From: a virus
Direction: 5' to 3' (one strand)
DNA: 39,677 bases
UHGV virus genome: UHGV-1472620
In this document: piece after piece, positions 19,835 through 29,239 of the stretch
Layout of the letters: each line of letters opens with the position of its first letter
Position numbering within the stretch: position 1 is the stretch's first letter
Position numbers and translations under genes: made by a program
The notes under the pieces: generated by a model
Told to the model about the DNA's origin: nothing
Databases searched by the model: none
Seen by the model: the letters and a program-made list of their open reading frames with translations, nothing else

Positions 19835-20163
19835 TACTCACCCCCATTGCCGTACAGAGTTTCAGCCGCTGATTTTTCTACATCCCCGGAAACAGGAGCG
19901 ATCGCCATATCAGTGATCTGCAGATCGGCGCTGCGATTAACACCATCGTCAGTTTCTCTGGCAGACAGGCCTCGAATAACAGCCTTTGCAGTTATCATCA
20001 CTTCTGTTCCGACGCCCTGAGGTTGCGCCTTCAGCTTATTCAATGTGTCGTTATTAAGAGTGATGCACAGCCCCCACGGGTATTCATCGCGAGTTCTGGT
20101 TTCTCCGCTCTCATCCTGGTAGCTGTCAGTGCCGGTTTTGAGGTTTACGAGTTCCATATACAC
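19834..20163 (-). CDS. Small head-tail region protein
   Basis: 109-aa ORF coupled in late operon. Confidence 0.4.
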   Translation of the reverse strand: MYMELVNLKTGTDSYQDESGETRTRDEYPWGLCITLNNDTLNKLKAQPQGVGTEVMITAKAVIRGLSARETDDGVNRSADLQITDMAIAPVSGDVEKSAAETLYGNGGE

Positions 20164-20207
20164 TCCTGCAATAAAGGGGCCGAAGCCCCTTGTCGGATTC
20201 GCGAGGC

Positions 20208-20552
20208 TTACACGCCCAGTTCTTTACGCTTATCTGCGATCTTCTCGCGGAGCGTTTCGGCTTTGGCGTTATGGTGTGGCTTCTCGTTAAAGAGCAATTC
20301 GTACTCTTCACGGAGCTTATCCAGTTCACCATCATCTGACACATCGTTGATGATTTTGGTGCTGGTTGCTGCCATAGACACCTTTCCTGCTACCTTTGCT
20401 TTTGCCTGTCTGGCTGCATCGTTAACAGGTTCCAGTGCGCTACCAGGCTCACCTTCGTATTCGATTTCTGCCCCCTCCGGCCACAGTGTGTTATGGATAT
20501 GAGAGAGGCGCAGAACGCGGTATCTTGGTTTCTCACCTGACATCGATATCAC
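20208..20552 (-). CDS. Small head-associated protein
   Basis: 114-aa ORF after capsid genes. Confidence 0.4.
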   Translation of the reverse strand: MISMSGEKPRYRVLRLSHIHNTLWPEGAEIEYEGEPGSALEPVNDAARQAKAKVAGKVSMAATSTKIINDVSDDGELDKLREEYELLFNEKPHHNAKAETLREKIADKRKELGV

Positions 20553-20553
20553 C

Positions 20554-20991
20554 TTAACCAGTTACTTTTGAGCGGATCGGATACGGCGTATTGGCATCAA
20601 CATCAAGACTGATACCAGCAGTGAATTCGCCAGCCGTTAGTGGGCCAGTTGCGACGGAGTAGTTAACACGCAGATATCGCTGAACACCGGCAGGCACCTT
20701 TGCAGAAACAACTCGTTTACCTGCTGTCATGGCGGTCTTTGCCAGTGCGCCACTATCATAAATAGTGGTCCATGAGCTGTTATTCTCACTCGTCTGCAAC
20801 TGGATGTTTACAGTTGCATCACCGCTTGCCGCGGCGGCTGTGTTAACCAGCGCCCAAAACTCAAGCGGGTAACCCACGCCGATATCACGACGTTTTCCGT
20901 CAATTGGACCGAGATCGATTACGTCAGTAGAAGCCGCGGTATTCGTAACCGCCTGAGCTTCGGAGAACATCAACAGTTTGTCGGTGATCAT
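20554..20991 (-). CDS. Putative capsid accessory / decoration protein
   Basis: 145 aa, Thr/Ala/Gly-rich, immediately downstream of major capsid gene. Confidence 0.45.
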   Translation of the reverse strand: MITDKLLMFSEAQAVTNTAASTDVIDLGPIDGKRRDIGVGYPLEFWALVNTAAAASGDATVNIQLQTSENNSSWTTIYDSGALAKTAMTAGKRVVSAKVPAGVQRYLRVNYSVATGPLTAGEFTAGISLDVDANTPYPIRSKVTG

Positions 20992-21042
20992 CTTCTTTCT
21001 CCATTAGTGGGTCTGTTACGATCCACAGGTTAATAACAGGCG

Positions 21043-22035
21043 TTACACCACGCGGGCTTCTGTTTCCAGAAGCGCATCAGTTTCACGGATTGGTACACCA
21101 CGGAATGAAGTCCACCACTCGCCTTCTGTCTCTTTTACGCTGATCGCCAGAGATGTTTTCTCCAGAGATTGCAGATCAAGAGCCTGGCCTACAGTGCGGT
21201 TCATGTAGAACACCGGGCGACCCATGCCACGATTTGGAATGCGATGCAGTGCTTTAACCATCAACTTCGCAATATTTGCGGCAGAGGAAGGTTCTGAAAG
21301 ATTGCTGACATCGATGTTTGCAATGCGAACAACATAACGCCAGTCACGCAGAGCAAGTCCGTTGTCCCATTTGTAATGGGTACGGTAGCCTTCGTACTTG
21401 CCGCCATTCGCATCTTCCAGTGTCACCTGGCCTTTATCTTCCATCTGGATGCCAGCCTTCTGCCCTTTCGGGAAGATGCCATGCACGGTGTTTTCGCCCC
21501 ACACCACTAACCAGATTGAGGTGTTATCTGTACCCGTGCCACCAGCATCAATGATGTTCTGAGCATTACCCGCAGACAGGCTGGAATAGCGGGAGGACAG
21601 TCCCATAAACTGCTGAGGGTTAACGCTGGAATCACCATAAAACAACGTCTGCGCCATCTGCTGATTCATCGCTTCAATAAATGCGCGGTCTTCAGACAGG
21701 CGGAATTCGGCGGTATTACCGTTCAGATCAGCCAGTGACTTATCGACTTCAGCATAGGTTTCCAGCATTCCAACGGAATCGGTGACCTGCACTGTGGTTG
21801 ATTTGCTTGGCTGTACGCCATAGTTCAGCAAACGCCAGGTGGCCGAAGGTAAACCAGAACGAATGGTGGTTCGGTGTCCGGTAGGAAGGTTCCCTTCGAC
21901 AAAAGGCATATCCTGAAGGATCGGGTTAGTTTGACCGAGAAGCTCGATAATCTTATCGACTTTCCCGTTTGGATCGACGCGCTTACCCCAGTCAGCCAGC
22001 GTTAGCGCAGTTAAGCCTTTAACAGCCATTGTCAT
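21043..22035 (-). CDS. Major capsid protein
   Basis: 330 aa directly after scaffold-like gene in canonical order. Confidence 0.7.
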   Translation of the reverse strand: MTMAVKGLTALTLADWGKRVDPNGKVDKIIELLGQTNPILQDMPFVEGNLPTGHRTTIRSGLPSATWRLLNYGVQPSKSTTVQVTDSVGMLETYAEVDKSLADLNGNTAEFRLSEDRAFIEAMNQQMAQTLFYGDSSVNPQQFMGLSSRYSSLSAGNAQNIIDAGGTGTDNTSIWLVVWGENTVHGIFPKGQKAGIQMEDKGQVTLEDANGGKYEGYRTHYKWDNGLALRDWRYVVRIANIDVSNLSEPSSAANIAKLMVKALHRIPNRGMGRPVFYMNRTVGQALDLQSLEKTSLAISVKETEGEWWTSFRGVPIRETDALLETEARVV

Positions 22036-22043
22036 TTCCTCTC

Positions 22044-22745
22044 TTATTTGCCATAGAGCACTTCGGCCGCACTACGCTGGCCTTCATTACCACCGGTGAC
22101 CATGCCATCTTCAGACATCGCCTTTCCGATTTTCACGAACGTTTTGACCAGATCAGGGTGATTACCCAGCCCGGTGGTGTTCAGATATTCTTTGAGCTCA
22201 GGTGTCCCGAACTGGTCAAGCGCACGCTGTGCGGCGCTAAGGTTAGAAATCAACTTGTCGCCACCGATTTCTTTGTCAGCTTTTACATCCGCAGCCCACT
22301 GCTCGGTTGTTTTCTGCCAGGCTTCTGCCTGGCGCTGCTGAACACCTGCCAGAATCTTCGGATAAGCATCAACCAGCTTTTGCGCTTGCTCGTTGGTCAG
22401 GTTAAGTCCTCGCGCCACAGGCTCGAATTCCTTCAACGCTTCTGTATCCAGCTCTACGCCTTCGGCAGCCTGAAACTCGTACTTCTCAGGCGCACCCTCT
22501 GGTTTATTGCCGTCCTTTTTTTCATCCTGCTTATCGTTTTCAGGCTTTTTGTCATCAGCAGGTTTATCGCCATCAGCAACAGGTTGTGGCTTATCACCTT
22601 CCTGTTGTGATGGATCACCAACTGGAGCATGGTTATCACCTGCAGGCGCTGATGGTTCTGACGCAGCCGGAGCTGCTCCACCATCGACTGGTTGCTCATT
22701 GCAAAGACGGCGATACAGCAAACGCTCAAATAAATTCATGATCAC
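22044..22745 (-). CDS. Scaffolding protein
   Basis: Acidic, Pro/Ala/Lys-rich low-complexity N-terminal half then helical region; between portal and capsid. Confidence 0.55.
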   Translation of the reverse strand: MIMNLFERLLYRRLCNEQPVDGGAAPAASEPSAPAGDNHAPVGDPSQQEGDKPQPVADGDKPADDKKPENDKQDEKKDGNKPEGAPEKYEFQAAEGVELDTEALKEFEPVARGLNLTNEQAQKLVDAYPKILAGVQQRQAEAWQKTTEQWAADVKADKEIGGDKLISNLSAAQRALDQFGTPELKEYLNTTGLGNHPDLVKTFVKIGKAMSEDGMVTGGNEGQRSAAEVLYGK

Positions 22746-23038
22746 TCCTGTTCACTGGCCTCTTTGGCCATCTTCAAATACTGTTCAGGGCAATGCGCCA
22801 TAACGCGCTGAAACAGTTCCAGCGCCAGATTGCGTTGCCCCTCATTAAATGCCATTGCCATAGCGTCCATCGGTGAGATAGCGGAAAACACACGGCCTTT
22901 CTCCAGCACCGACCAGACAACGCGACGCCCCTGTTCACTGCTCATGACAAAGCGAATGTCATCAATTTCACGCTGCGCCATGTCACGTTGCTTACGGGCG
23001 TTTTCTTCTTTCAGTTGATCGTCTTCGTAATCTGTCAT
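22742..23038 (-). CDS. Small head assembly protein
   Basis: 98 aa, start and stop overlap neighbours. Confidence 0.45.
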   Translation of the reverse strand: MTDYEDDQLKEENARKQRDMAQREIDDIRFVMSSEQGRRVVWSVLEKGRVFSAISPMDAMAMAFNEGQRNLALELFQRVMAHCPEQYLKMAKEASEQE

Positions 23039-24714
23039 TGTGATTGCCCACCCTGACCACTAACTGCATTCGCCATAGCTGACAAAACACTCGGATCCGA
23101 AGTTTTAGCTTCGCTTAGCGTCTTGGCACCCTGTGCCGCCGCCATCCCCATCGCCATCATTTGTTGCTGCTGTTGCTGCTGTGCCCGTTGCTGGCGAGCC
23201 TGCTCAACCTGTTCCTGCGGAACAATGACGGTTGGAGACACTCCGGACATATCAGCGAATGCATCGATCGCCTGATCAACGTTGAGTTTGTCGAGAGCTT
23301 CTGGTTTCGCTTGCGCAAGTTGACCAATGAAGTTAACCGTGGACGCCAGACTGGACAGGCCGATAGACTTCTGCGCCTGAGCCATGACGGAAATGTATTC
23401 GACCTTCAGGGGCATACCTTCCATCGCGTCAGGCGGTGGCGGCAGCATGTTTTTACGCACCATCATCGAGAAAGCGCGGTCAATGAGAGGGTTAAGACAT
23501 TCGTCGTTCAGACGCTCCAGAACCGGCCCCAACATCAGAAGTTTTTCTTCTTTCATTTCGATCACCGCTTCAACAGGCATCGAGCGGGTATTGATGTTCT
23601 GCAACATCATGAACAGATCGACAAAGTAGGCGCTGTTAATGATTTGACGAGTGTCCTGAATGTCTGCTACCAGATCTGCTGTACTGGGGTTAACCAGATA
23701 AGCAGGCCTGAAACCATCCTGACCAGTAATCTGATCGATATACGTGATGTCGCCAGGAAGAAGGGAGGCGCGCTGATTCTTGAGGGAAGTCGGAGCAACC
23801 ATCGGCGGATTGGTGGCTTTATCAATCAACTGCGACTTGCGCTTCTGGAGAAGCTGCAATGCCTTAACAGGTCCAAGCGCCAGCATACCCGGGCATGATG
23901 ATCCATAAACATCTTCGCCATTAACTTCCCAGCGCGGAGCCATAATTGGAAACTCATCAAATCCGGACTCACGCAACAACTTGTCGTTATCGCCACCAAC
24001 CTCGTAATAAACCGATTTGAATGGCTTGTTCTTGCTATCCAGCTTCGATGTATCGCGGTCAATGTTCGGGTAAACCGAATGCATCACGTCAATCCACTTC
24101 TCGTAGGTGCCGCTTTCCCACATGCTTTTTACGGATTCGCTGACGTTATTTAGCCCGAACTCCTGAACAAGCTGACGAACAGTCATAGAGAACTTGCGAA
24201 AACAGGTGTCCACACTGCCACGAGGTGAGTTAGCCAGGTAGTAACTGCCTATCGGGAATGGCATTGTGCGAATGATGTCCTCGTCATCCTCCAGCACCGC
24301 CATTGCACCAGTGCTGTATGTGCCGAGGCTTCCGTATAACTGCGGAAGAGACTGGTAGAGATTCGACTTATTGAACATATCGTTCATGCGGTTCTGCACC
24401 GCCTCAAGCCACAACTTAACAGGGCCATAATCCATCATTTCAGGATCTGGCGTAGCCAGGCGAAACCACGGACGCGCGGGGCTTGTGATGCCTGACATCA
24501 TGCCGCTGGCGAGAGTGCGCGCCGCCATAGTCCCGGTCGAATCAATAATGCGTGTATTGCGTCGATCGTTACGGTTGACCTCAGAAGTCAGAAAGCGGGA
24601 ACCACGCGGGTTGATGTAATCACTCAACTCGCGCCAGTGCGGCTCGAACGACTGACGCTCGCTTTCAAGTTGTGCGAACTGTTTGTTCAATCGCTCTTTA
24701 GTTGTTTCCGCCAT
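23035..24714 (-). CDS. Portal protein
   Basis: 559 aa with Gln-rich C-terminus; first large gene of head module; GGAG Shine-Dalgarno before ATG 24714. Confidence 0.8.
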   Translation of the reverse strand: MAETTKERLNKQFAQLESERQSFEPHWRELSDYINPRGSRFLTSEVNRNDRRNTRIIDSTGTMAARTLASGMMSGITSPARPWFRLATPDPEMMDYGPVKLWLEAVQNRMNDMFNKSNLYQSLPQLYGSLGTYSTGAMAVLEDDEDIIRTMPFPIGSYYLANSPRGSVDTCFRKFSMTVRQLVQEFGLNNVSESVKSMWESGTYEKWIDVMHSVYPNIDRDTSKLDSKNKPFKSVYYEVGGDNDKLLRESGFDEFPIMAPRWEVNGEDVYGSSCPGMLALGPVKALQLLQKRKSQLIDKATNPPMVAPTSLKNQRASLLPGDITYIDQITGQDGFRPAYLVNPSTADLVADIQDTRQIINSAYFVDLFMMLQNINTRSMPVEAVIEMKEEKLLMLGPVLERLNDECLNPLIDRAFSMMVRKNMLPPPPDAMEGMPLKVEYISVMAQAQKSIGLSSLASTVNFIGQLAQAKPEALDKLNVDQAIDAFADMSGVSPTVIVPQEQVEQARQQRAQQQQQQQMMAMGMAAAQGAKTLSEAKTSDPSVLSAMANAVSGQGGQSQ

Positions 24715-24728
24715 TTCAATGACTCCGG

Positions 24729-24935
24729 TTACTGACCAAGCAGCGTTTTACCGCTGGTATTAGCGGTTGATGTGTCGCCCTGAGAACCGGTAAGCAGCGT
24801 AGAACTACGACCAGCAGCAGCGCGACGGCGACGAGTTTCTTCGTCTCGGGCATCAACAACGGCGGAATCCTGCTCCTGTGGTGCTGCCTGAACTTCTGGT
24901 GTTGCAGGCACTGATGGTGAGCTACCCATGCACAT
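24729..24935 (-). CDS. Small ORF upstream of portal
   Basis: 68-aa ORF ending 15 nt before portal ATG; low complexity. Confidence 0.3.
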   Translation of the reverse strand: MCMGSSPSVPATPEVQAAPQEQDSAVVDARDEETRRRRAAAGRSSTLLTGSQGDTSTANTSGKTLLGQ

Positions 24936-25025
24936 ATCAATGACTCCGTACGCAATTAAATTATTACCAATTTAACCACATATGATTTATTTATCGTAGG
25001 CAGTTGACATTTAACGCGCGAATTA

Positions 25026-25040
25026 TTACCCTTCGGGTAA
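25026..25040. promoter_or_regulatory. Operator-like palindrome TTACC-N5-GGTAA
   Basis: TTACCCTTCGGGTAA upstream of portal/head operon. Confidence 0.5.
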
Positions 25041-25362
25041 CAAAAAAGTTCATTCCGGTTACTAACCTGACTGGCTTGTCGTTAAATTGAACAGGTGGAG
25101 TGAGCTTTTATTTTGAGCAGTACGGCGTATGGCACATGCGACGATAGCGGTCTGGATACGTTTAAGGGGCACCCTACCTTGCTCGGGCAAACGAACCAGG
25201 TAGCCGGAATGTGCAAGTCGAGCGGTTTTATTCCGCGCACGGGGATTCACCATCCCGGCGATTCGGTGTGACGCCTCGGAAGAGACGAGGGTACAACGAT
25301 GAGAGCATTTATGGAGCCGCGACAAAGTGTGGCGCCTTAACAGGCTAAGTGCTCTCAGCGTT

Positions 25363-25439
25363 GTGGCATTAGCTCAGTTGGACAGAGCAACCGCCTTCTA
25401 AGCGGTTGGTCGCAGGTTCGAATCCTGCATGCCACACCA
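25363..25439 (+). tRNA. tRNA-Arg, anticodon UCU
   Basis: Cloverleaf folds by eye: acceptor GTGGCAT/ATGCCAC, D-stem GCTC/GAGC, anticodon stem ACCGC/GCGGT with loop CTTCTAA, T-arm GCAGG-TTCGAAT-CCTGC, encoded CCA. Confidence 0.9.
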
Positions 25440-25637
25440 GAATCACGCCTAAGGACCGTGATGCCAGAAGTTCCAGGGGCTTGGCGGTGATGGTTTCCCT
25501 TGAAGGACTATCACCGCCCTTTTTACAGCAGGACGCCATTGCGATGACTTCATGCTGTAAACCCGTACAGCCACGGAAGGCATAACTCATTGCTTCCAGT
25601 TCGCCCGGTTCGCCGGGCATTTTTTTAAGGTGAGATT

Positions 25638-25994
25638 ATGAACGACCAGCAAATCGAAAAAGAAATCGTTGAGAAAGGCAAAACCGCTCCGCGAGTTACG
25701 CCTCAATATATCGAAAGCATCATTCTTGAAGAGCATTTCTTTACTGCTTATGACGGCATTCGTGCTGCCAATATGGGCGTTGGCGATTCATGGACAGCGC
25801 ATAAATCTACAGACCTCCTGACTTTCTGCGTATTGGTACTGAAGAATGGCTTCACCGTCACCGGAGAGAGTGCCTGTGCAAGTCCGGAAAATTTTGATGC
25901 AGAAATTGGTCGGAAGATTGCCCGGCAGAATGCTGTAAACAAAATCTGGATGCTCGAAGGTTACTTGCTGAAGCAGAAGTTAAGCGAGCAATAA
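25638..25994 (+). CDS. Small conserved phage protein (resembles the N4 gp49 / Sf6 gp66 family by recollection)
   Basis: 118 aa with strong AAGGTGAG Shine-Dalgarno; on + strand inside the minus-strand late region. Confidence 0.55.
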   Translation: MNDQQIEKEIVEKGKTAPRVTPQYIESIILEEHFFTAYDGIRAANMGVGDSWTAHKSTDLLTFCVLVLKNGFTVTGESACASPENFDAEIGRKIARQNAVNKIWMLEGYLLKQKLSEQ

Positions 25995-25998
25995 CACC

Positions 25999-26010
25999 GT
26001 GACATGTCAC
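25999..26010. promoter_or_regulatory. Perfect 12-bp palindrome GTGACATGTCAC
   Basis: Identical to 28264-28275; sits just after the stop of 25638-25994. Confidence 0.5.
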
Positions 26011-26014
26011 AAAC

Positions 26015-26042
26015 AGCCAGCCGATGAGCTGGCTTTGTTTTA
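26015..26042 (+). terminator. Intrinsic terminator
   Basis: Stem AGCCAGC / GCTGGCT with loop CGATGA then TTGTTTTAT. Confidence 0.65.
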
Positions 26043-26084
26043 TCCTCACCAGAGGATATCAACGACATTATCCCCACCAGCGGA

Positions 26085-27560
26085 TTAAGCATAGGGATCG
26101 TAATCTGTGATGGCCTTGCCTTGCTGGTTCTGCTGACCGGGAATTCGCAGACGCTTCGACACAGGGAACGCAAACGTCAGCAGTAGCGCATCGCCTTTAC
26201 CAGGAGAACGCCCAAGCCGCTCTTTGATATCTTCCTTCGGTTCGATAACGATTTTACCGTCCACTCGAACTTTGTACTCTGCCGCCGACAGGTCGTCCGC
26301 TGTTTCATGGTCATCCAGCATGCCGCCAAGCCTCAGCCATGTCTTGCATGAGTTGAACATCTCCCCACGCTTGTTGAGCATCTGCGGGTCAGTAGACGCG
26401 CCACCGAACGGAACAAGTTGCCATGTACGACCCCAGCCGTCACCGATTGACTTCAAACCGGTTCCGTAACCAAAGTCGATGAACACCGCGTCAGCCTGAT
26501 ACTGGTCTTCAAAGTCAGCGATACGCTTCGCCATAATCAGATCGTCGGTAGTCTTGTTTCCAGTCCACAGCACCTTACTGTGTAGCCCCTGCCGCAGGTA
26601 TATCACAGCGTCATCAACGCCGGAGTATGCCGGGTCAACGCCGATTATCACCGGAGCATGTGCAACCTGCGCAGCGGTTACCACCCGTTTTATTGCCTCG
26701 TCAGTAAGACCGGTAGGGATAAACTGCAATTCAGATGCATCAGGGAATATGCCACGCACACGGATTTTAACGAAGTCGCTGTCTTCCCCGTAGTCATCAA
26801 CCCATTTCTGCAACTGCTGTTTGTTGGTACCTTCCACCGTCCGACTGTCAATCTGCGCAGTTTTCCAGCGGTGTTTATACTTGCGGAAACATTCACGGAA
26901 ACGTCCGGTATTACGCGTCGGGTTTCCGAACGCCACCCAGATAATCTCAGTGTCTTCGTCCGTTAGCGCACCCTCGGCAACTTCCCACACCAGATCCGCA
27001 ATGTTCGACGCTTCATCGAATACCACGATGATGCGTTTGCGCTCATTGTGTAATCCGGCGAATGCCTCAGTGTTGTGCTCAGACCAGGGGATTGCGTCAG
27101 CTCGCCACCGCTTGTCGTGCCCAGGGTCATTGCTGTACATCGCGGTAGCGGTACAGGTAAACCAGTCTTTCGTGATAGCAAGGTTCGACCACTTGATAAT
27201 TTCCGGCCAAGTCTTCGTTCGTAGCTGGTTGTCGGTGTTGGCGGTCACCACGACCTTACAATCCTCGCAAGTGGACATGCCCCAGTTGATCAGCATTGAG
27301 ATGAATGCGGATTTACCAATACCGTGACCAGAAGCGCGTGCCAGCATAAGCGGCTGATAGCGCGTCTCTGGATTCTGCAGGTGATCACGTATCTCTCGGA
27401 ACGCATCAGCCTGCCACTGACGTGGGCCGGTGGCATGTGCCAGTTCAGTCCCCTCTTCCCCCCACGGGAACGCATAGAGGGCATAGCCAAGCGGATCGTG
27501 AGTGAACCCTGCAATATCTTCGATTAACTGCTCTTCAGGAGATAACACTGCATCTGTCAC
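26085..27560 (-). CDS. Terminase large subunit
   Basis: 491 aa, Walker A-like GHGIGKS, overlaps terS stop. Confidence 0.9.
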   Translation of the reverse strand: MTDAVLSPEEQLIEDIAGFTHDPLGYALYAFPWGEEGTELAHATGPRQWQADAFREIRDHLQNPETRYQPLMLARASGHGIGKSAFISMLINWGMSTCEDCKVVVTANTDNQLRTKTWPEIIKWSNLAITKDWFTCTATAMYSNDPGHDKRWRADAIPWSEHNTEAFAGLHNERKRIIVVFDEASNIADLVWEVAEGALTDEDTEIIWVAFGNPTRNTGRFRECFRKYKHRWKTAQIDSRTVEGTNKQQLQKWVDDYGEDSDFVKIRVRGIFPDASELQFIPTGLTDEAIKRVVTAAQVAHAPVIIGVDPAYSGVDDAVIYLRQGLHSKVLWTGNKTTDDLIMAKRIADFEDQYQADAVFIDFGYGTGLKSIGDGWGRTWQLVPFGGASTDPQMLNKRGEMFNSCKTWLRLGGMLDDHETADDLSAAEYKVRVDGKIVIEPKEDIKERLGRSPGKGDALLLTFAFPVSKRLRIPGQQNQQGKAITDYDPYA

Positions 27561-28153
27561 TGATTACCATCCTGACGTTCTTTGAGTCGCTTCCTGGCTG
27601 CCGCTATGCGATCAGCAATTGTCACATTCACATTAACATCCAGGCGCTCTTTGAACGCGTTGACGTCGACGTGCTTACCGATAAGCTCGAGGTTCTTCAC
27701 CTTGTCAGGCCATTTAATTTTTTTGAGGATTGTCTCTATCGAATCCTCGTTCATGTTCATGATGGTCGATGACAGATCAAAGCCGCTAAGCGTAGTGCGC
27801 CAGATTTTCGGCCACTCGCGGATTGGCTTAAGGCTCCCATCGTCGTTGAGGATGTCGATCACGTCCATCTGGTCGATCTCCACCAGGCGCATGAGAACGT
27901 AATCAGCACTGACGCGCATTCGTTTGTTGCGCTCCTCCATCAGCTCGGCAATCCGTTTTTGAATGCGTTCATCGCGCATCATGACACTGGCTTTAACTGC
28001 CGCTGTATTTGGGGAGAATCCTGCGTTAATCGCTGCCTGAGTCTGGTTTTCAGGCGTTTTGATGTATGACTGGCAATAAGCCTCCTGCATTGCTGTTAGT
28101 GGCTTAAATTGCGTTGATTTGCGTTTATAGGTTTTAGGTTCAGCAGGCATCAT
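27557..28153 (-). CDS. Terminase small subunit
   Basis: Upstream of and overlapping terL; start placed at ATGATG 28153 rather than the TTG 28231 used by the ORF track. Confidence 0.7.
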   Translation of the reverse strand: MMPAEPKTYKRKSTQFKPLTAMQEAYCQSYIKTPENQTQAAINAGFSPNTAAVKASVMMRDERIQKRIAELMEERNKRMRVSADYVLMRLVEIDQMDVIDILNDDGSLKPIREWPKIWRTTLSGFDLSSTIMNMNEDSIETILKKIKWPDKVKNLELIGKHVDVNAFKERLDVNVNVTIADRIAAARKRLKERQDGNQ

Positions 28154-28194
28154 AACCACCGTGGTAATAGTTACCGTTGTGGTAATAGTACCAT

Positions 28195-28222
28195 GCAAAA
28201 TAAAGCCGCCATAGTTGGCGGC
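28195..28222 (-). terminator. Intrinsic terminator upstream of terS (tR'-like)
   Basis: On minus strand GCCGCC-AACTAT-GGCGGC followed by TTTATTTTG. Confidence 0.5.
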
Positions 28223-28263
28223 AGTATTCAAAACCCATCAAATTCATCATGCATAATCTACTC

Positions 28264-28275
28264 GTGACATGTCAC
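28264..28275. promoter_or_regulatory. Perfect 12-bp palindrome GTGACATGTCAC (late promoter / regulator site candidate)
   Basis: Identical to 25999-26010; contains GTGACA -35-like hexamer on both strands. Confidence 0.5.
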
Positions 28276-28613
28276 ACTATTAATTTCGTTTCATGCCAGC
28301 CTTTAGTCACCCAGCATTGCGAGTCACCATTACACGGGCATGAATTAACGGGAACTCTCTCGCCGCACTTACCGCAAAGTTTTCTGCTGATCGATTTTAT
28401 ACGCCCGCGCACACGTGCATCATCCTGGCGGATCAGCAGCGCGATGTACTCGGCCATTTCATAGGGATCGCGACTAGGGCGCCGGGCGGCGCAGTTCCGC
28501 GCCAGCATTTCAATTTCCTGAGCATCAAGCACAATTTCCAGCTTACACACACCAGATGCAGCTTGTCTGGCTCTCTGAGCGGCTTTGCGCTCTGCTGCTG
28601 ATTTAGCCATCAA
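28272..28613 (-). CDS. Small Cys-rich protein, candidate late-gene regulator (Q-like antiterminator?)
   Basis: 113 aa, C-terminal CGKCG ... CPCNGDSQC zinc-ribbon-like cluster; last early gene before terS. Confidence 0.4.
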   Translation of the reverse strand: MMAKSAAERKAAQRARQAASGVCKLEIVLDAQEIEMLARNCAARRPSRDPYEMAEYIALLIRQDDARVRGRIKSISRKLCGKCGERVPVNSCPCNGDSQCWVTKGWHETKLIV

Positions 28614-28884
28614 TATTTACCTTTATCGCGAACACCTTTACCGGTTTATCACCGAAGTGGGGATGTGTGATTGTCTTGATTTCATATCCGTCATACTGGA
28701 CGTTAATTCTGCGGCTGGAGTCGTCGCGCTTCGGATATCCCTTTGTGATAATCAGGCGGTCATACTCCCGGAACATAATTCGCTTATTCCAGTAGTCATT
28801 ACACAGGCGATACTCTTCCGTTTTCTCTCCGCGAATCATGGCATCGAAGTATTCACCTTTAACGGCAAGTTGCAGGTTAGCCAC
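28603..28884 (-). CDS. ASCH/DUF3850-like small protein
   Basis: VKGEYFDAMIRGEKTEEYR pattern; GTG start with GCAAGGAG Shine-Dalgarno. Confidence 0.5.
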   Translation of the reverse strand: MANLQLAVKGEYFDAMIRGEKTEEYRLCNDYWNKRIMFREYDRLIITKGYPKRDDSSRRINVQYDGYEIKTITHPHFGDKPVKVFAIKVNIDG

Positions 28885-29236
28885 GGTTAACTCCTTGCTG
28901 TGTGGCGTCGAGTAATAAATCCCACAACCGCTGAGAGCAATTTCCGCATGTACAGCGTTGACCCACAACGTTTATCGCGTTGCTGATTTCCGGCGTTACC
29001 TGTTTAGGAACCATAACCCAACCATCCGGAGTTACCGGAGAGTTGCCATCCAGCGCGTTCAACTTGTAAGCCTGGCTTACAGGTTCTGCACTATCAGCTT
29101 CGCGCCGCTTCTGTAGCTCTGCTGCCATCGCTCTCACGACTTCAACTGGTGCCCTTGCAGCAAACTCTATGTTGGTGATCAGCTCATTAAGATATTGCTC
29201 GCTGGGATACTGTTTCTTATTGGTAATAGTGGTCAT
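28877..29236 (-). CDS. Hypothetical early protein
   Basis: 119-aa ORF coupled to neighbours. Confidence 0.45.
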   Translation of the reverse strand: MTTITNKKQYPSEQYLNELITNIEFAARAPVEVVRAMAAELQKRREADSAEPVSQAYKLNALDGNSPVTPDGWVMVPKQVTPEISNAINVVGQRCTCGNCSQRLWDLLLDATQQGVNRG

Positions 29237-29239
29237 GTG

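Noticed and set aside
16287-24062. Long plus-strand ORFs inside the structural region (e.g. 18786-19490, 19295-20020, 20023-20502, 22029-22610, 23161-23898)
   Set aside because: All lie antisense within tightly coupled minus-strand virion genes; Ser/Arg/Cys-rich low-complexity translations typical of spurious frames.
25363-25439. tRNA gene as the integration target
   Set aside because: It lies about 14 kb inside the prophage, far from both att repeats; the att core instead matches a protein-gene 3' end.
25062-25620. Minus-strand ORFs 25062-25325 and 25369-25620
   Set aside because: They overlap the tRNA-Arg gene and its leader on the opposite strand; no supporting features.
28160-28200. GGTAA-TAG-TTACC elements resembling the operator motif in inverted order
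   Set aside because: Half-sites are in the opposite arrangement with a 3-bp spacer; not the same site class.
28154-28231. N-terminal extension of terS from the TTG at 28231 (Thr-rich TITTTVTITTVV)
   Set aside because: Start is TTG with no Shine-Dalgarno and the extension covers the terminator hairpin and promoter region; ATGATG at 28153 is a better start.
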